This document shows positions 56,817 to 64,000 of a stretch of DNA of 64,000 nt, one piece after another (positions within the stretch are counted from its first letter, which is position 1; each line of letters opens with the position of its first letter). This DNA comes from Klebsiella phage vB_KpnM_KB57. The stretch lies in the sequence record NC_028659.1. The stretch is one strand, 5' to 3'. A program made the position numbers and the translations under genes. The notes beneath the pieces were generated by a model. It was not told where the DNA came from. It worked only from the letters and a program-made list of their open reading frames with translations, and made no database searches.

Positions 56817-58340
56817 TTATAATCGTGTATACATAGTCGGAGCAACAATCCTTGGGATTACGACAGGTCTGATGATCTCCGTTTTCTCCAGGAAGTTAAT
56901 ACCTGAAGAGATGGCGTCAACCCAGTCGTCCTTACGGGACACAGTGCTTCGCTCGCCATTAAATTTCTCAAGTTCATTCATGAGGGCTTCATATGTCTTT
57001 GCGTCAAAACTGTTACGGACAATACGAACAAAGCCTTGTTGTGCAAGCTGGGCAAAGGGTGCGAAACGAGTAAGTTTCGACTTGTTGCCTGGCGTAGGGT
57101 CTTTCTCAACCACATAACCATCCGCGAGCAATGCTCTTGAGCTGGTGAGGAATTCGCTTATACCAGCTTGGCCTGGGTCAACTGAGAAAATAATCGTTAC
57201 ATCATCACCATCATGTTCTGCTTGTTTTTTGATAATTGCATCACGTTCGCCAGCCTTCTTACAGAAGCGGCCTTGAGTTCCTGTGGAATAGAGACCATCA
57301 TCAACGAACTCGGCACAATAATCACCGGATAAATAGTAAAAACCCTCGGTGTCTTTACTCACTTTCACGGAGGCTGTAAAGTCAGGATGTCTGTTACCAG
57401 ATGTCCTTTCAGTTCCTGCCTTATCGTATGGCCTTACAGATGTGCAACCTAAAGGTAGACATGCCACCTCTTTCAAATAGGATCTTTGAAAATAGTTTGC
57501 ACCCTCAGGGCGAGCATTCCAGTTACCATAAAGTAACTGTGCCTTTTCAACTTCAGGAAGCCCTTTCAGGAATGCCAGATATTCTTTGTTATTCTCCAGC
57601 ATCGGAGGGTTATCATAAATGTTAGCGGAGATGAAGGAAAATGTCAGAGCATCGTCGGCGTCATCACCATAAAGCTCTCTCAGTTCTTCTTGAGACTCAC
57701 CCCAGACAAAGTTACCATCTTGACGGAGGAACCAACGGATGACACCGTCACGCTCAGGGATTGGATATCCATCATCGTCAAGATACCAATCGATAAGTTC
57801 TTTTATTTTGTGATCCGGGTCCGGGTTACAAGAAATTACCATGCGACTTGGGTATTTAGATTCAGAACGTAGACGAGAGATTAGGTAGTCGATCTGCTCC
57901 CATTCGAACTGGCATCCTTCATCGAAACCAACAAAAGTGTACTGAAGACCCTGGTGGTTAAGTTTGTCCTTCACATATTCCATGTGAGACCATTTTACCT
58001 TTGCGCCAGGACGACCCTTTTTGAATGTCTGTGTCTCCGCGTCAAAGTATGGGAATATTGCCTCAAGCTCTTTCTCTCTAAAGCGTGGTTTCCATGCATC
58101 AGGTAGTTCATTATAAATGCTTTGTGCTGTATCAAATAAACCACCCTGGCCTTTCAACTGAGGTGTGGTTCTACGGAACATGATACAGTTCGATTTTGGA
58201 TCATCGATATATGCTAAAGGCATTAATTGTAACAGATACGATTTACCTGACCCCGCAGCGCCCCCAATGATCAGGATTTGCGCCTTATTTTCCAGGATCA
58301 TTTTCTGCTTAGGGCTGGCGGGTCCAAAAGTCTTACTCAA
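56817..58340 (-). CDS. terL: terminase large subunit
   Basis: Walker A IIGGAAGSGKSY, 507 aa, C-terminal nuclease-like region. Confidence 0.85.
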   Translation of the reverse strand: MSKTFGPASPKQKMILENKAQILIIGGAAGSGKSYLLQLMPLAYIDDPKSNCIMFRRTTPQLKGQGGLFDTAQSIYNELPDAWKPRFREKELEAIFPYFDAETQTFKKGRPGAKVKWSHMEYVKDKLNHQGLQYTFVGFDEGCQFEWEQIDYLISRLRSESKYPSRMVISCNPDPDHKIKELIDWYLDDDGYPIPERDGVIRWFLRQDGNFVWGESQEELRELYGDDADDALTFSFISANIYDNPPMLENNKEYLAFLKGLPEVEKAQLLYGNWNARPEGANYFQRSYLKEVACLPLGCTSVRPYDKAGTERTSGNRHPDFTASVKVSKDTEGFYYLSGDYCAEFVDDGLYSTGTQGRFCKKAGERDAIIKKQAEHDGDDVTIIFSVDPGQAGISEFLTSSRALLADGYVVEKDPTPGNKSKLTRFAPFAQLAQQGFVRIVRNSFDAKTYEALMNELEKFNGERSTVSRKDDWVDAISSGINFLEKTEIIRPVVIPRIVAPTMYTRL

Positions 58341-58429
58341 AGGACCTCCATTATTATATGCTATAGGAGGATTTTACCACGAAAGATCATAAAAATAAAG
58401 CCCTTATCACTAAATAAGGGCCTTGTCAA

Positions 58430-58720
58430 TCACTTTTGAGGTGTAAATATGTTACGAATGTATGCCTGAAGGATAAGTAACTTGCTACGTGTATCCGCTG
58501 CTTCAAGATTATTTTTCTTAACAATAGCACTGTTTTTAGCGTTATCAGCACCATAAGGAAGTGGTGTTGGGTCAGTAGGTGGGATCATAGCGTAAGCAGG
58601 GGGCTTAGAAAGCACCTCAGAGGGATTAAACTTCTCAACCACTGGAACTACCTTCTGTGGAGACTCGCATCCAACCAGCATGATTACAGAGAGGAATATG
58701 GCAAGCAAACTCTTTCTCAT
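58430..58720 (-). CDS. o-spanin (outer-membrane lipoprotein)
   Basis: signal + lipobox LVGC, Pro-rich, start overlaps i-spanin stop. Confidence 0.55.
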   Translation of the reverse strand: MRKSLLAIFLSVIMLVGCESPQKVVPVVEKFNPSEVLSKPPAYAMIPPTDPTPLPYGADNAKNSAIVKKNNLEAADTRSKLLILQAYIRNIFTPQK

Positions 58721-59121
58721 TTAACCCCCAAGCTTTCATTATAGATATCAACAAAATCGTTATCCAGCCCAAACTTTTTACCTGCTTCAGATTTGTTATA
58801 TGCCTCTTGTTTTTCATCGAGGCGAGACCTAAGCAGTTCATTCTTAGCTTTCTCTTCTGCAAGCTGACGACTTAGTTCATCCGAAAAGTCTTGCTGCCCA
58901 TTTTTAAAATCTTGATTTGCATCTTTGTTGTTTCTCATTTGCAGATCCCATTTGTTATCCGTATCATTAACTCCACGGCTATAGGCCTGCTGTATTTGGT
59001 AATCATACCACCCCTTAACTTCAAAAGCGCCCCACAGGAGCGCCAGAGAAAGGACAGCAATGATAACCAGTTTGGTATGTCCCTTGATAAAGGTCAAAAC
59101 CATACTGATAAAATCCATCAT
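58717..59121 (-). CDS. i-spanin (N-terminal TM + periplasmic coiled coil)
   Basis: TM LVIIAVLSLALLWGAF then coiled-coil SRQLAEEKAKNELLRSRLDEKQEAY. Confidence 0.55.
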   Translation of the reverse strand: MMDFISMVLTFIKGHTKLVIIAVLSLALLWGAFEVKGWYDYQIQQAYSRGVNDTDNKWDLQMRNNKDANQDFKNGQQDFSDELSRQLAEEKAKNELLRSRLDEKQEAYNKSEAGKKFGLDNDFVDIYNESLGVK

Positions 59122-60575
59122 GAGAGATCCCCATCACAATCTAATAATTCAACAATGGTCACTTTATTTCGAGGCGCTTTATCTTCTCGGTTTACAGATA
59201 CTCTACCATCACCCTCGTATTCAAGGGCAAGTGGGTCTTCCACGTCAACTTTAAAGAGGCAAGCTCCAGGTTCTATCGCTCCTGCGTGCCAACTGCCCTG
59301 AACCCCATTCTTGCATAAGAGCTTGTACCTCTCTTGTGCAGCATCAAGATCAAAATAAATCCTGATCTTATCTAGCATCTCTGGATTGTCGATGCTATTG
59401 CTGTTAAGACCGAATACGTGTTTTTCGGTATGCGCCTGCATCATGTAAAAATGCACAGCACTAGATACAGCCCAGAATTCCTTGAAATACAGGCGATCGG
59501 TGTTTTTACGCAGGCGTTGGAAAACATTGAAGATATCTTTAGCTTCGAGATTAAAACGCCGTTGGCCTTTACGCTTGTCGGTGATAGTGGCAATCGTGCT
59601 GATAGCAATATCACCTGCATTATCCAGTTTATCAAATAATCCCTCAAATGAAAACGGCTCTTTTGTATCGAAGAGTTCTTCAACGTTTGTCCCATACATA
59701 CCGCTAAGATGCTTTTTGGCATCTTCCCAGCTTTCCATTTTGAGACTTGCGGCTGCTACACCTAACTTCATTGTCTCACGTCGGGAGATTGTATAGCCAC
59801 GGGCCTCATACTTGGATGCTCGGAGCATACTGATAATTGGGTAATCTGTGGCCGGATTAAGCACCAACACTTTTTGTGCAGCATGTTTAAGGAAACGACT
59901 ATCAAACACCCATGTTTCATCACCAAATGAGAAGGCACCCATATTGATGGTATAGTCAAACTTATCAAAGATCTGCCCAGCGTTCTCAAATACCGAGAAT
60001 GCAATGCATTGCAGCACCGGATTAGAACCCTCTGAAAACATAATGCTTTTATCTGTCATGCCAATATTACGAACATATGAGACTTTCTTCTTTCTACTTT
60101 CGAGCAGTTTTTCAATACCATCCCAAGTCGATTCAGAGATATCAGACAGATCAAAAGGGCAGTCACTGGCAAACTTATCTTCCATCTCCAAGATCTCTTG
60201 CTTAGACACTTTCTGAGAAAGAACCTTGAATCTTGGCGCACGGGATTCCCATACCTCTTTCCCATTGTCTAAAATGAAGAAATCACGATAAACACGTTTC
60301 TCTTCATTGTATCCCATCGTTTTAGGTGACAGGTCATGTTCACCTTTTCGTAGGTCTATATCCATCATGTAAGTAATGAAGATCTCCAAGTCATCCCATG
60401 AACGGAAGTACAGGTCGAGATCATTAACTTCCCGGTTGGTAAAGAGAGCCGTGATAGCGCCACCTGCGATTATAACATCGAGGCTACGAAGGATATGGTA
60501 AATATCCTCAGAGAAAAAACTTTTTAGTAAACGGTATTCTCGAAGATGCTCATTCTTCTCGTAAGTGTGGATCAT
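59118..60575 (-). CDS. Pol-beta-superfamily nucleotidyltransferase (CCA-adding-enzyme-like GG...DxD motif), ~486 aa
   Basis: IIAGGAITALFTNREVNDLDLYF = hG[GS]x12 DxD with same spacing as class II CCA enzymes; start set at ATG 60575 after AAGGAGA. Confidence 0.5.
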   Translation of the reverse strand: MIHTYEKNEHLREYRLLKSFFSEDIYHILRSLDVIIAGGAITALFTNREVNDLDLYFRSWDDLEIFITYMMDIDLRKGEHDLSPKTMGYNEEKRVYRDFFILDNGKEVWESRAPRFKVLSQKVSKQEILEMEDKFASDCPFDLSDISESTWDGIEKLLESRKKKVSYVRNIGMTDKSIMFSEGSNPVLQCIAFSVFENAGQIFDKFDYTINMGAFSFGDETWVFDSRFLKHAAQKVLVLNPATDYPIISMLRASKYEARGYTISRRETMKLGVAAASLKMESWEDAKKHLSGMYGTNVEELFDTKEPFSFEGLFDKLDNAGDIAISTIATITDKRKGQRRFNLEAKDIFNVFQRLRKNTDRLYFKEFWAVSSAVHFYMMQAHTEKHVFGLNSNSIDNPEMLDKIRIYFDLDAAQERYKLLCKNGVQGSWHAGAIEPGACLFKVDVEDPLALEYEGDGRVSVNREDKAPRNKVTIVELLDCDGDLS

Positions 60576-60612
60576 TCTGGTCTCCTTTAGTAAGTTACTT
60601 TTAGAGTGTACC

Positions 60613-60642
60613 AGAAAAAGAAAAGCCCCGCAAGAGCGGGGC
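60613..60642 (-). terminator. rho-independent terminator (minus strand) between tRNA array and nucleotidyltransferase gene
   Basis: GCCCCGC-TCTT-GCGGGGC + TTTTCTTTTTC on minus strand. Confidence 0.6.
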
Positions 60643-60803
60643 GAGGCAAAGGAGAGGAGATATAAGAATTTATTGTTATAAGAATTTTGCATTCAGTGCC
60701 TGTGCCACCAGGGTGATGGTTTCGTCCTTACGGCTTGTCCACCTGAACAACATGGCTTTTCACCATTGATCATACGAAAAGGCTTTCGTCTACACTGAAA
60801 TTT

Positions 60804-60885
60804 TGGATGCGTGGATGGGAGTCGAACCCACAATTTTCGGCTTATGAGGCCAACGTGATCTATATATCCGTTTCACTAACACGCA
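60804..60885 (-). tRNA. tRNA-Met/Ile2 (anticodon CAT) with enlarged D-loop
   Basis: hand-folded: acceptor, anticodon stem TTGGC/GCCGA loop CTCATAA, T-loop TTCGACT. Confidence 0.45.
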
Positions 60886-60973
60886 ATTATTTGGTGCAAC
60901 CTTCAGGTAACGATCCTGACTATCTGGCTTTTCAGGCCAGCACACATCCGTCTATGTCAAAGTTGCATAATGT

Positions 60974-61049
60974 GGTGGGCGACAGGGGACTCGAACCCCC
61001 AAAATTCGGAATCTAAATCCGACACGTATACCAATTCCATCAATCGCCC
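60974..61049 (-). tRNA. tRNA with anticodon TAG (Leu codon CUA) but short variable arm
   Basis: hand-folded cloverleaf, A73, T-loop TTCGAGT. Confidence 0.4.
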
Positions 61050-61084
61050 GTGCGCTTGGGTCCGAAGAAGTCCAAGCCTTAATT

Positions 61085-61160
61085 TGGTGGAGTCACTGAG
61101 AATCGAACTCAGTTCTACAAGGTGCAAGCCTGTAATTTTATCCAAATAAACTATAACCCC
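61085..61160 (-). tRNA. tRNA-Ala (TGC)
   Basis: anticodon loop CTTGCAC; T-loop TTCGATT. Confidence 0.5.
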
Positions 61161-61163
61161 AAT

Positions 61164-61236
61164 TGGTGTGGATGGAAGGACTCGAACCTACATCAAACGG
61201 CTTCGTAGACCGTTGCCTGTCCGTCAGGACACCCAC
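61164..61236 (-). tRNA. tRNA-Arg (ACG)
   Basis: anticodon loop CTACGAA; small D-arm. Confidence 0.5.
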
Positions 61237-61242
61237 ATAATT

Positions 61243-61319
61243 TGGTCTCCATAGAGTGACTCGAACACTCAACCTCCTGGTCCCAAACCAGGCGCTCTAC
61301 ACTATTGAGCTACACGGAG
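61243..61319 (-). tRNA. tRNA-Pro (TGG)
   Basis: perfect anticodon stem CCTGG/CCAGG, loop TTTGGGA. Confidence 0.6.
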
Positions 61320-61463
61320 AGATAGGTGCAGAATTTTAATTATCCCAGACACTGCAACTGGTATCGCTGGCTAGCTAATATCATGCCCCGTTAGGGTACA
61401 ATTGGTTTGATACGTCGAACTCATTTTGAGTGCCTTCCGGCAATTTACATCAACATATCAAAT

Positions 61464-61539
61464 TGGCGAGGATAACGGGATTCGAACCCGTGACTCCGGC
61501 GTGACAGGCCAGTATGTTTGCCGCTAATACCATATCCCC
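61464..61539 (-). tRNA. tRNA-Asp (GTC)
   Basis: anticodon loop CTGTCAC; T-loop TTCGAAT. Confidence 0.55.
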
Positions 61540-61546
61540 ATGAATT

Positions 61547-61631
61547 TGGCGACGAGCGTAGGAATTGAACCTACATAGAGCTAATGCTCGCGGATTAACA
61601 GTCCGCCGTTCTACCAATGAACCAGCTCGTC
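61547..61631 (-). tRNA. tRNA with anticodon GTT (Asn) carrying a 15-nt stem-forming variable arm (85 nt)
   Basis: perfect acceptor GACGAGC/GCTCGTC, D-stem GTTC/GAAC, anticodon stem GCGGA/TCCGC, variable GAGC-ATTA-GCTC-TAT. Confidence 0.45.
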
Positions 61632-61691
61632 ATTTAAATACTTTATCAGTGAAAACAACCTTTTGCAAGAATTATTTTAACCGATTCAATT

Positions 61692-61767
61692 TGGTGGGAA
61701 GGGAGGGATTTGAACCCATCGTCTCTTCGCTTAAAAGGCGAATGCCTGGCCGCTCGGCTACCTACCC
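61692..61767 (-). tRNA. tRNA-Lys (TTT), imperfect stems
   Basis: anticodon stem TTCGC/GCGAA loop CTTTTAA; T-loop TTCAAAT. Confidence 0.45.
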
Positions 61768-61847
61768 AAATATTTGCCCCTTGACGGTATCCAACCCGTG
61801 ATCCCATCTCGCCTGTCGTAGACCGGGCTGCTGACAGTCCAGCAATT

Positions 61848-61940
61848 TGGAGGAAGATAATGGAGTCGAACCATCACCGGGGGATCGCCCCGATGGGCCA
61901 GGGTTCAAATCTGGTTGCGTACCACTACGCCCTATCTTCC
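61848..61940 (-). tRNA. tRNA-Ser (TGA), type II
   Basis: 93 nt, long variable arm, acceptor GGAAGAT/ATCTTCC. Confidence 0.55.
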
Positions 61941-62022
61941 GAATTCAATGGCATTTAAGCCAGTTAGTGTTTCCCTGGATTTATACACGCTGGTTCACTA
62001 ACCCCACACTCGTGTTTAAATT

Positions 62023-62116
62023 TGGCGGAAGATGCAAGACTTGAACTCGCACACCCCTTTCGGAGCTACTGTCTCTTTAGCAAAGAGATCCCTTACCTGA
62101 TTAGGGTTAATCTTCC
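62023..62116 (-). tRNA. tRNA-Ser (GCT), type II
   Basis: 94 nt, anticodon stem TCTCT/AGAGA loop TTGCTAA. Confidence 0.5.
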
Positions 62117-62262
62117 AATTGTTCTTTAATTTCTTTACGAAGATCTTCTTTTTCTTTCGCACGAGTAATAGGGACTGATTGAATTTCTTCTGCAACACCA
62201 CAGTTACTACCGTGGAGCCTACAGCGTCCAAACACTTTCTTGCAACGCAAAAGTTTCTGCAT
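62107..62262 (-). CDS. small ORF (51 aa, Cys-containing) inside tRNA array
   Basis: GGAGGATTTATG start; 3' end overlaps 5' end of tRNA-Ser(GCT). Confidence 0.3.
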   Translation of the reverse strand: MQKLLRCKKVFGRCRLHGSNCGVAEEIQSVPITRAKEKEDLRKEIKEQLED

Positions 62263-62277
62263 AAATCCTCCATAAAG

Positions 62278-62368
62278 TGGCGGTGGAAGTAGGATTCGAA
62301 CCTACGGACCCCTTTTGGGGGCCTACACCTTTCCAAGGTGCTGTCTTAAACCTCTCGACCATTCCACC
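62278..62368 (-). tRNA. tRNA-Ser (GGA), type II
   Basis: 91 nt, anticodon loop TTGGAAA, long variable arm. Confidence 0.5.
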
Positions 62369-62443
62369 AAATTCGCGGCAGATATCGTACAAACGAAAAT
62401 CTCGACTAGAACACATGACGTGGGAAGATAGAGATAATCACGT

Positions 62444-62519
62444 ATCTGCAAATTGGGGTGACCTATGGGACTTGAACCCATGACTGCCCGGATCACAACC
62501 GGGAATTCTACCAACTGAA
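62444..62519 (-). tRNA. tRNA-His (GTG)
   Basis: perfect anticodon stem CCCGG/CCGGG loop TTGTGAT. Confidence 0.55.
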
Positions 62520-62579
62520 TTAAGGCCACATTTCAGTGCTCTCTTTGATGCCGCTGTACGAAGTACGGAAGCTGGAAAG

Positions 62580-62654
62580 CACTCAAAAATGGCAGGAGAT
62601 GGTGGATTCGAACCACCGATGCTGATATCAAAGACCAGTGCCGTAACCGCTTGG
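62580..62654 (-). tRNA. tRNA-Gln (TTG)
   Basis: acceptor AGGAGAT/ATCTCCT, anticodon loop CTTTGAT. Confidence 0.55.
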
Positions 62655-62778
62655 CTAATCTCCTATACGCGCCTCGTGATCCTTGGTAATTTGTATATCT
62701 CTGTTGCAAATAGAGGCTAGTGACAAATACGGTAATCAAAAGACGACTTCGTGGATGCCTCCACTCTCCCACCGGATA

Positions 62779-62855
62779 TGGCAGGGACCCTGGGATTCGA
62801 ACCCAGAACCTGCGGATTTGGAATCCGCTGCACTAGCCAGTTGTGCTAAGTCCCT
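62779..62855 (-). tRNA. tRNA-Trp (CCA)
   Basis: anticodon stem GCGGA/TCCGC loop TTCCAAA. Confidence 0.55.
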
Positions 62856-62864
62856 ATAACGTAA

Positions 62865-62934
62865 CGGGGCGACCCTGAATCGAACAGGGAACTACCACTG
62901 ACGAGTGGCCTGTTTACCATTAGCCTATCGCCCC
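62865..62934 (-). tRNA. tRNA-like element with intact acceptor/T-arm but defective anticodon arm (possible pseudo-tRNA)
   Basis: GGGGCGA/TCGCCCC acceptor, T-loop TTCGATT, anticodon region folds only as 4-nt-loop hairpin; no CCA. Confidence 0.3.
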
Positions 62935-62940
62935 CTTATT

Positions 62941-63062
62941 TGGTGCGGCAACACAGGTAATGAGTCTGCTCGGACATGAGAGGTGATCAACCTCCATAAA
63001 ATGCCAGCCGCAACATTAACCGGTATGTTTGCAGCCCCATCTTCGTGATGGCACGTTACCGC
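62941..63062 (-). ncRNA. atypical ~120-nt tRNA-like element (acceptor-like ends GCGGTAA/TTGCCGC + CCA, internal hairpin with GAT loop) - not a canonical tRNA
   Basis: hand inspection; 3' end shares the ...TTATTTGG junction pattern of neighbouring tRNAs. Confidence 0.2.
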
Positions 63063-63068
63063 ATTATT

Positions 63069-63144
63069 TGGCACTCCCACCGAGGATCGAACTCGGATTT
63101 CCAGATTGAAAGTCTGACGGCCTGTCCATTTAGCCGATAGGAGC
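63069..63144 (-). tRNA. tRNA-Glu (TTC)
   Basis: anticodon stem TCAGA/TCTGG loop CTTTCAA; T-stem CCGAG/CTCGG. Confidence 0.5.
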
Positions 63145-63215
63145 ATTTTTTGGTGTGGTACTCTAAACAATTCTTCTGACGATACAGATGCCTCTTGTTT
63201 ATTTCCCACATTATT

Positions 63216-63289
63216 TGGAGCGTCTAGAGGGAATCGAACCCTACTCTGCGAGGCTTGGAAGGCCTGCGACACACCTCGTGCTTAGACGC
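63216..63289 (-). tRNA. tRNA-Gly (TCC)
   Basis: perfect acceptor GCGTCTA/TAGACGC, anticodon loop CTTCCAA. Confidence 0.5.
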
Positions 63290-63296
63290 CTTAAAT

Positions 63297-63371
63297 TGGT
63301 GGGAGTATCTGGGATCGAACCAGAGACCTCTCGATTATCGATCGAGCGTTCTACCGCTGAACTATACCCCC
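63297..63371 (-). tRNA. tRNA-Ile (GAT)
   Basis: anticodon stem CTCGA/TCGAG loop TCGATAA. Confidence 0.55.
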
Positions 63372-63377
63372 ATTAAT

Positions 63378-63464
63378 TGGTGCGCCGTGATAGAGTCGAA
63401 CTACCCGAGCCTTTTGAGCAACAGATTTACAGTCTGTCCCGCTACCCCTACGGTCTAACGACGC
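63378..63464 (-). tRNA. tRNA-Tyr (GTA), type II
   Basis: 87 nt, anticodon stem ACAGA/TCTGT loop CTGTAAA, long variable arm. Confidence 0.55.
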
Positions 63465-63466
63465 AT

Positions 63467-63817
63467 TTAACCTTGTTTGAACTGAACAATATCTGTTGTG
63501 AATGGCTTACTCATAGGAGTAGATTTCTTATCATCAACATTAGTTGTTTCAGCTTCTTCATTCTCTTCATCGAAGTAATCAGAAAGCATTTGTTCACCTT
63601 TCTCAATTACAAATCGAGCAATATTTTCCCTGATATTGTCCTTTGTTGTAGCGCTTGTCATAAGGTCTTTTAGCACTTTATGAGCATCAGGAATCATAGC
63701 AATCATATTGGTCTTAAGGTCAAGGATATTCTTCTCAAGCTGAATAGCATTAGACTCTTCTTTAAGGGGTCTACCTTTTCCTCTACGACGCTTTGTAAGT
63801 TGTTGTTTTACTGCCAT
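63467..63817 (-). CDS. hypothetical protein (116 aa) within tRNA array
   Basis: ORF between tRNA-Tyr and tRNA-Cys, basic N-terminus, acidic C-half. Confidence 0.4.
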   Translation of the reverse strand: MAVKQQLTKRRRGKGRPLKEESNAIQLEKNILDLKTNMIAMIPDAHKVLKDLMTSATTKDNIRENIARFVIEKGEQMLSDYFDEENEEAETTNVDDKKSTPMSKPFTTDIVQFKQG

Positions 63818-63902
63818 AATAACCCCACTTATTAATGTTATCAGATTTAAATTTATCTGTCAAGGGCCATTTTATCATTTTTTATAAAAATATTCAACAA
63901 CT

Positions 63903-63976
63903 TGGAGCACGGTAGGTGAATCGAACACCTGACATTCGGTTTGCAGCCGAAGCTGTTGCCACTCCAGCAACCGTGC
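63903..63976 (-). tRNA. tRNA-Cys (GCA)
   Basis: anticodon stem TTCGG/CCGAA loop CTGCAAA; D-stem GCTG/CAGC. Confidence 0.55.
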
Positions 63977-64000
63977 TTTTGTGGGACCCGATTATTTCAA

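Noticed and set aside
61320-61463. 145-nt gap in tRNA array tentatively considered to hold one or two tRNAs
   Set aside because: I could not fold a canonical cloverleaf by hand (T-loop-like GAGTTCGACG present but stems do not pair). Left unannotated, pending software.
62016-63272. Track ORFs 62016-62336, 62219-62416, 62323-62529, 62533-62772, 62925-63272 and short + ORFs in the tRNA array
   Set aside because: Overlap multiple tRNA genes. Only the 62107-62262 sub-ORF has a credible SD and was kept as low-confidence.
1-64000. CRISPR arrays, integrase/att sites, transposases
   Set aside because: No direct-repeat/spacer arrays, recombinase motifs or IS-like inverted repeats were seen. The window looks wholly lytic-phage.

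Overview
This window reads as a contiguous segment of a large virulent enterobacterial myovirus. The gene content resembles rV5 / PVP-SE1 / phi92-type phages, but that placement is from gene content only. No integrase, att site, CRISPR array or host chromosomal backbone is visible.

Positions 1-25530 are transcribed on the + strand and carry the early/replication module: rIIA- and rIIB-like genes, a Dda/RecD-type SF1 helicase, a T7 gp4-like primase-helicase, a T7-like family-A DNA polymerase, an HNH homing endonuclease, a compact C5-methyltransferase-like gene, and an SSB ending in the host-type DDDIPF tail. It also has an NAD+ salvage pair: a bifunctional NadR-type NMN adenylyltransferase/ribosylnicotinamide kinase and a PnuC nicotinamide-riboside transporter. 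A cluster of small membrane or secreted proteins includes a homologue of the E. coli DUF1190 lipoprotein YgiB. A two-gene cassette (676 aa and 139 aa, no recognisable family) is strongly host-codon-optimised and sits between a near-consensus sigma70 promoter and its own terminator.

A bidirectional terminator at about 25541-25575 separates this from the late module on the - strand (25576-60575). That module holds at least seven tail-fibre/tailspike genes, baseplate genes, a tape-measure protein with the conserved -1 frameshifted assembly chaperone, tail sheath and tube, neck proteins, decoration protein, major capsid protein, scaffold, prohead protease, portal and large terminase. One fibre carries a C-terminal SGNH esterase and a triple N-terminal tandem repeat. 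Two fibre genes look frame-interrupted. The module ends with an i-/o-spanin pair and a Pol-beta-superfamily nucleotidyltransferase.

Positions 60800-63976 are a dense - strand tRNA array with about 20 genes by hand-folding, several non-canonical, plus unexplained 75-145 nt spacers and two small ORFs.

All calls come from reading the ORF translations and the DNA by eye. No searches or programs were run.
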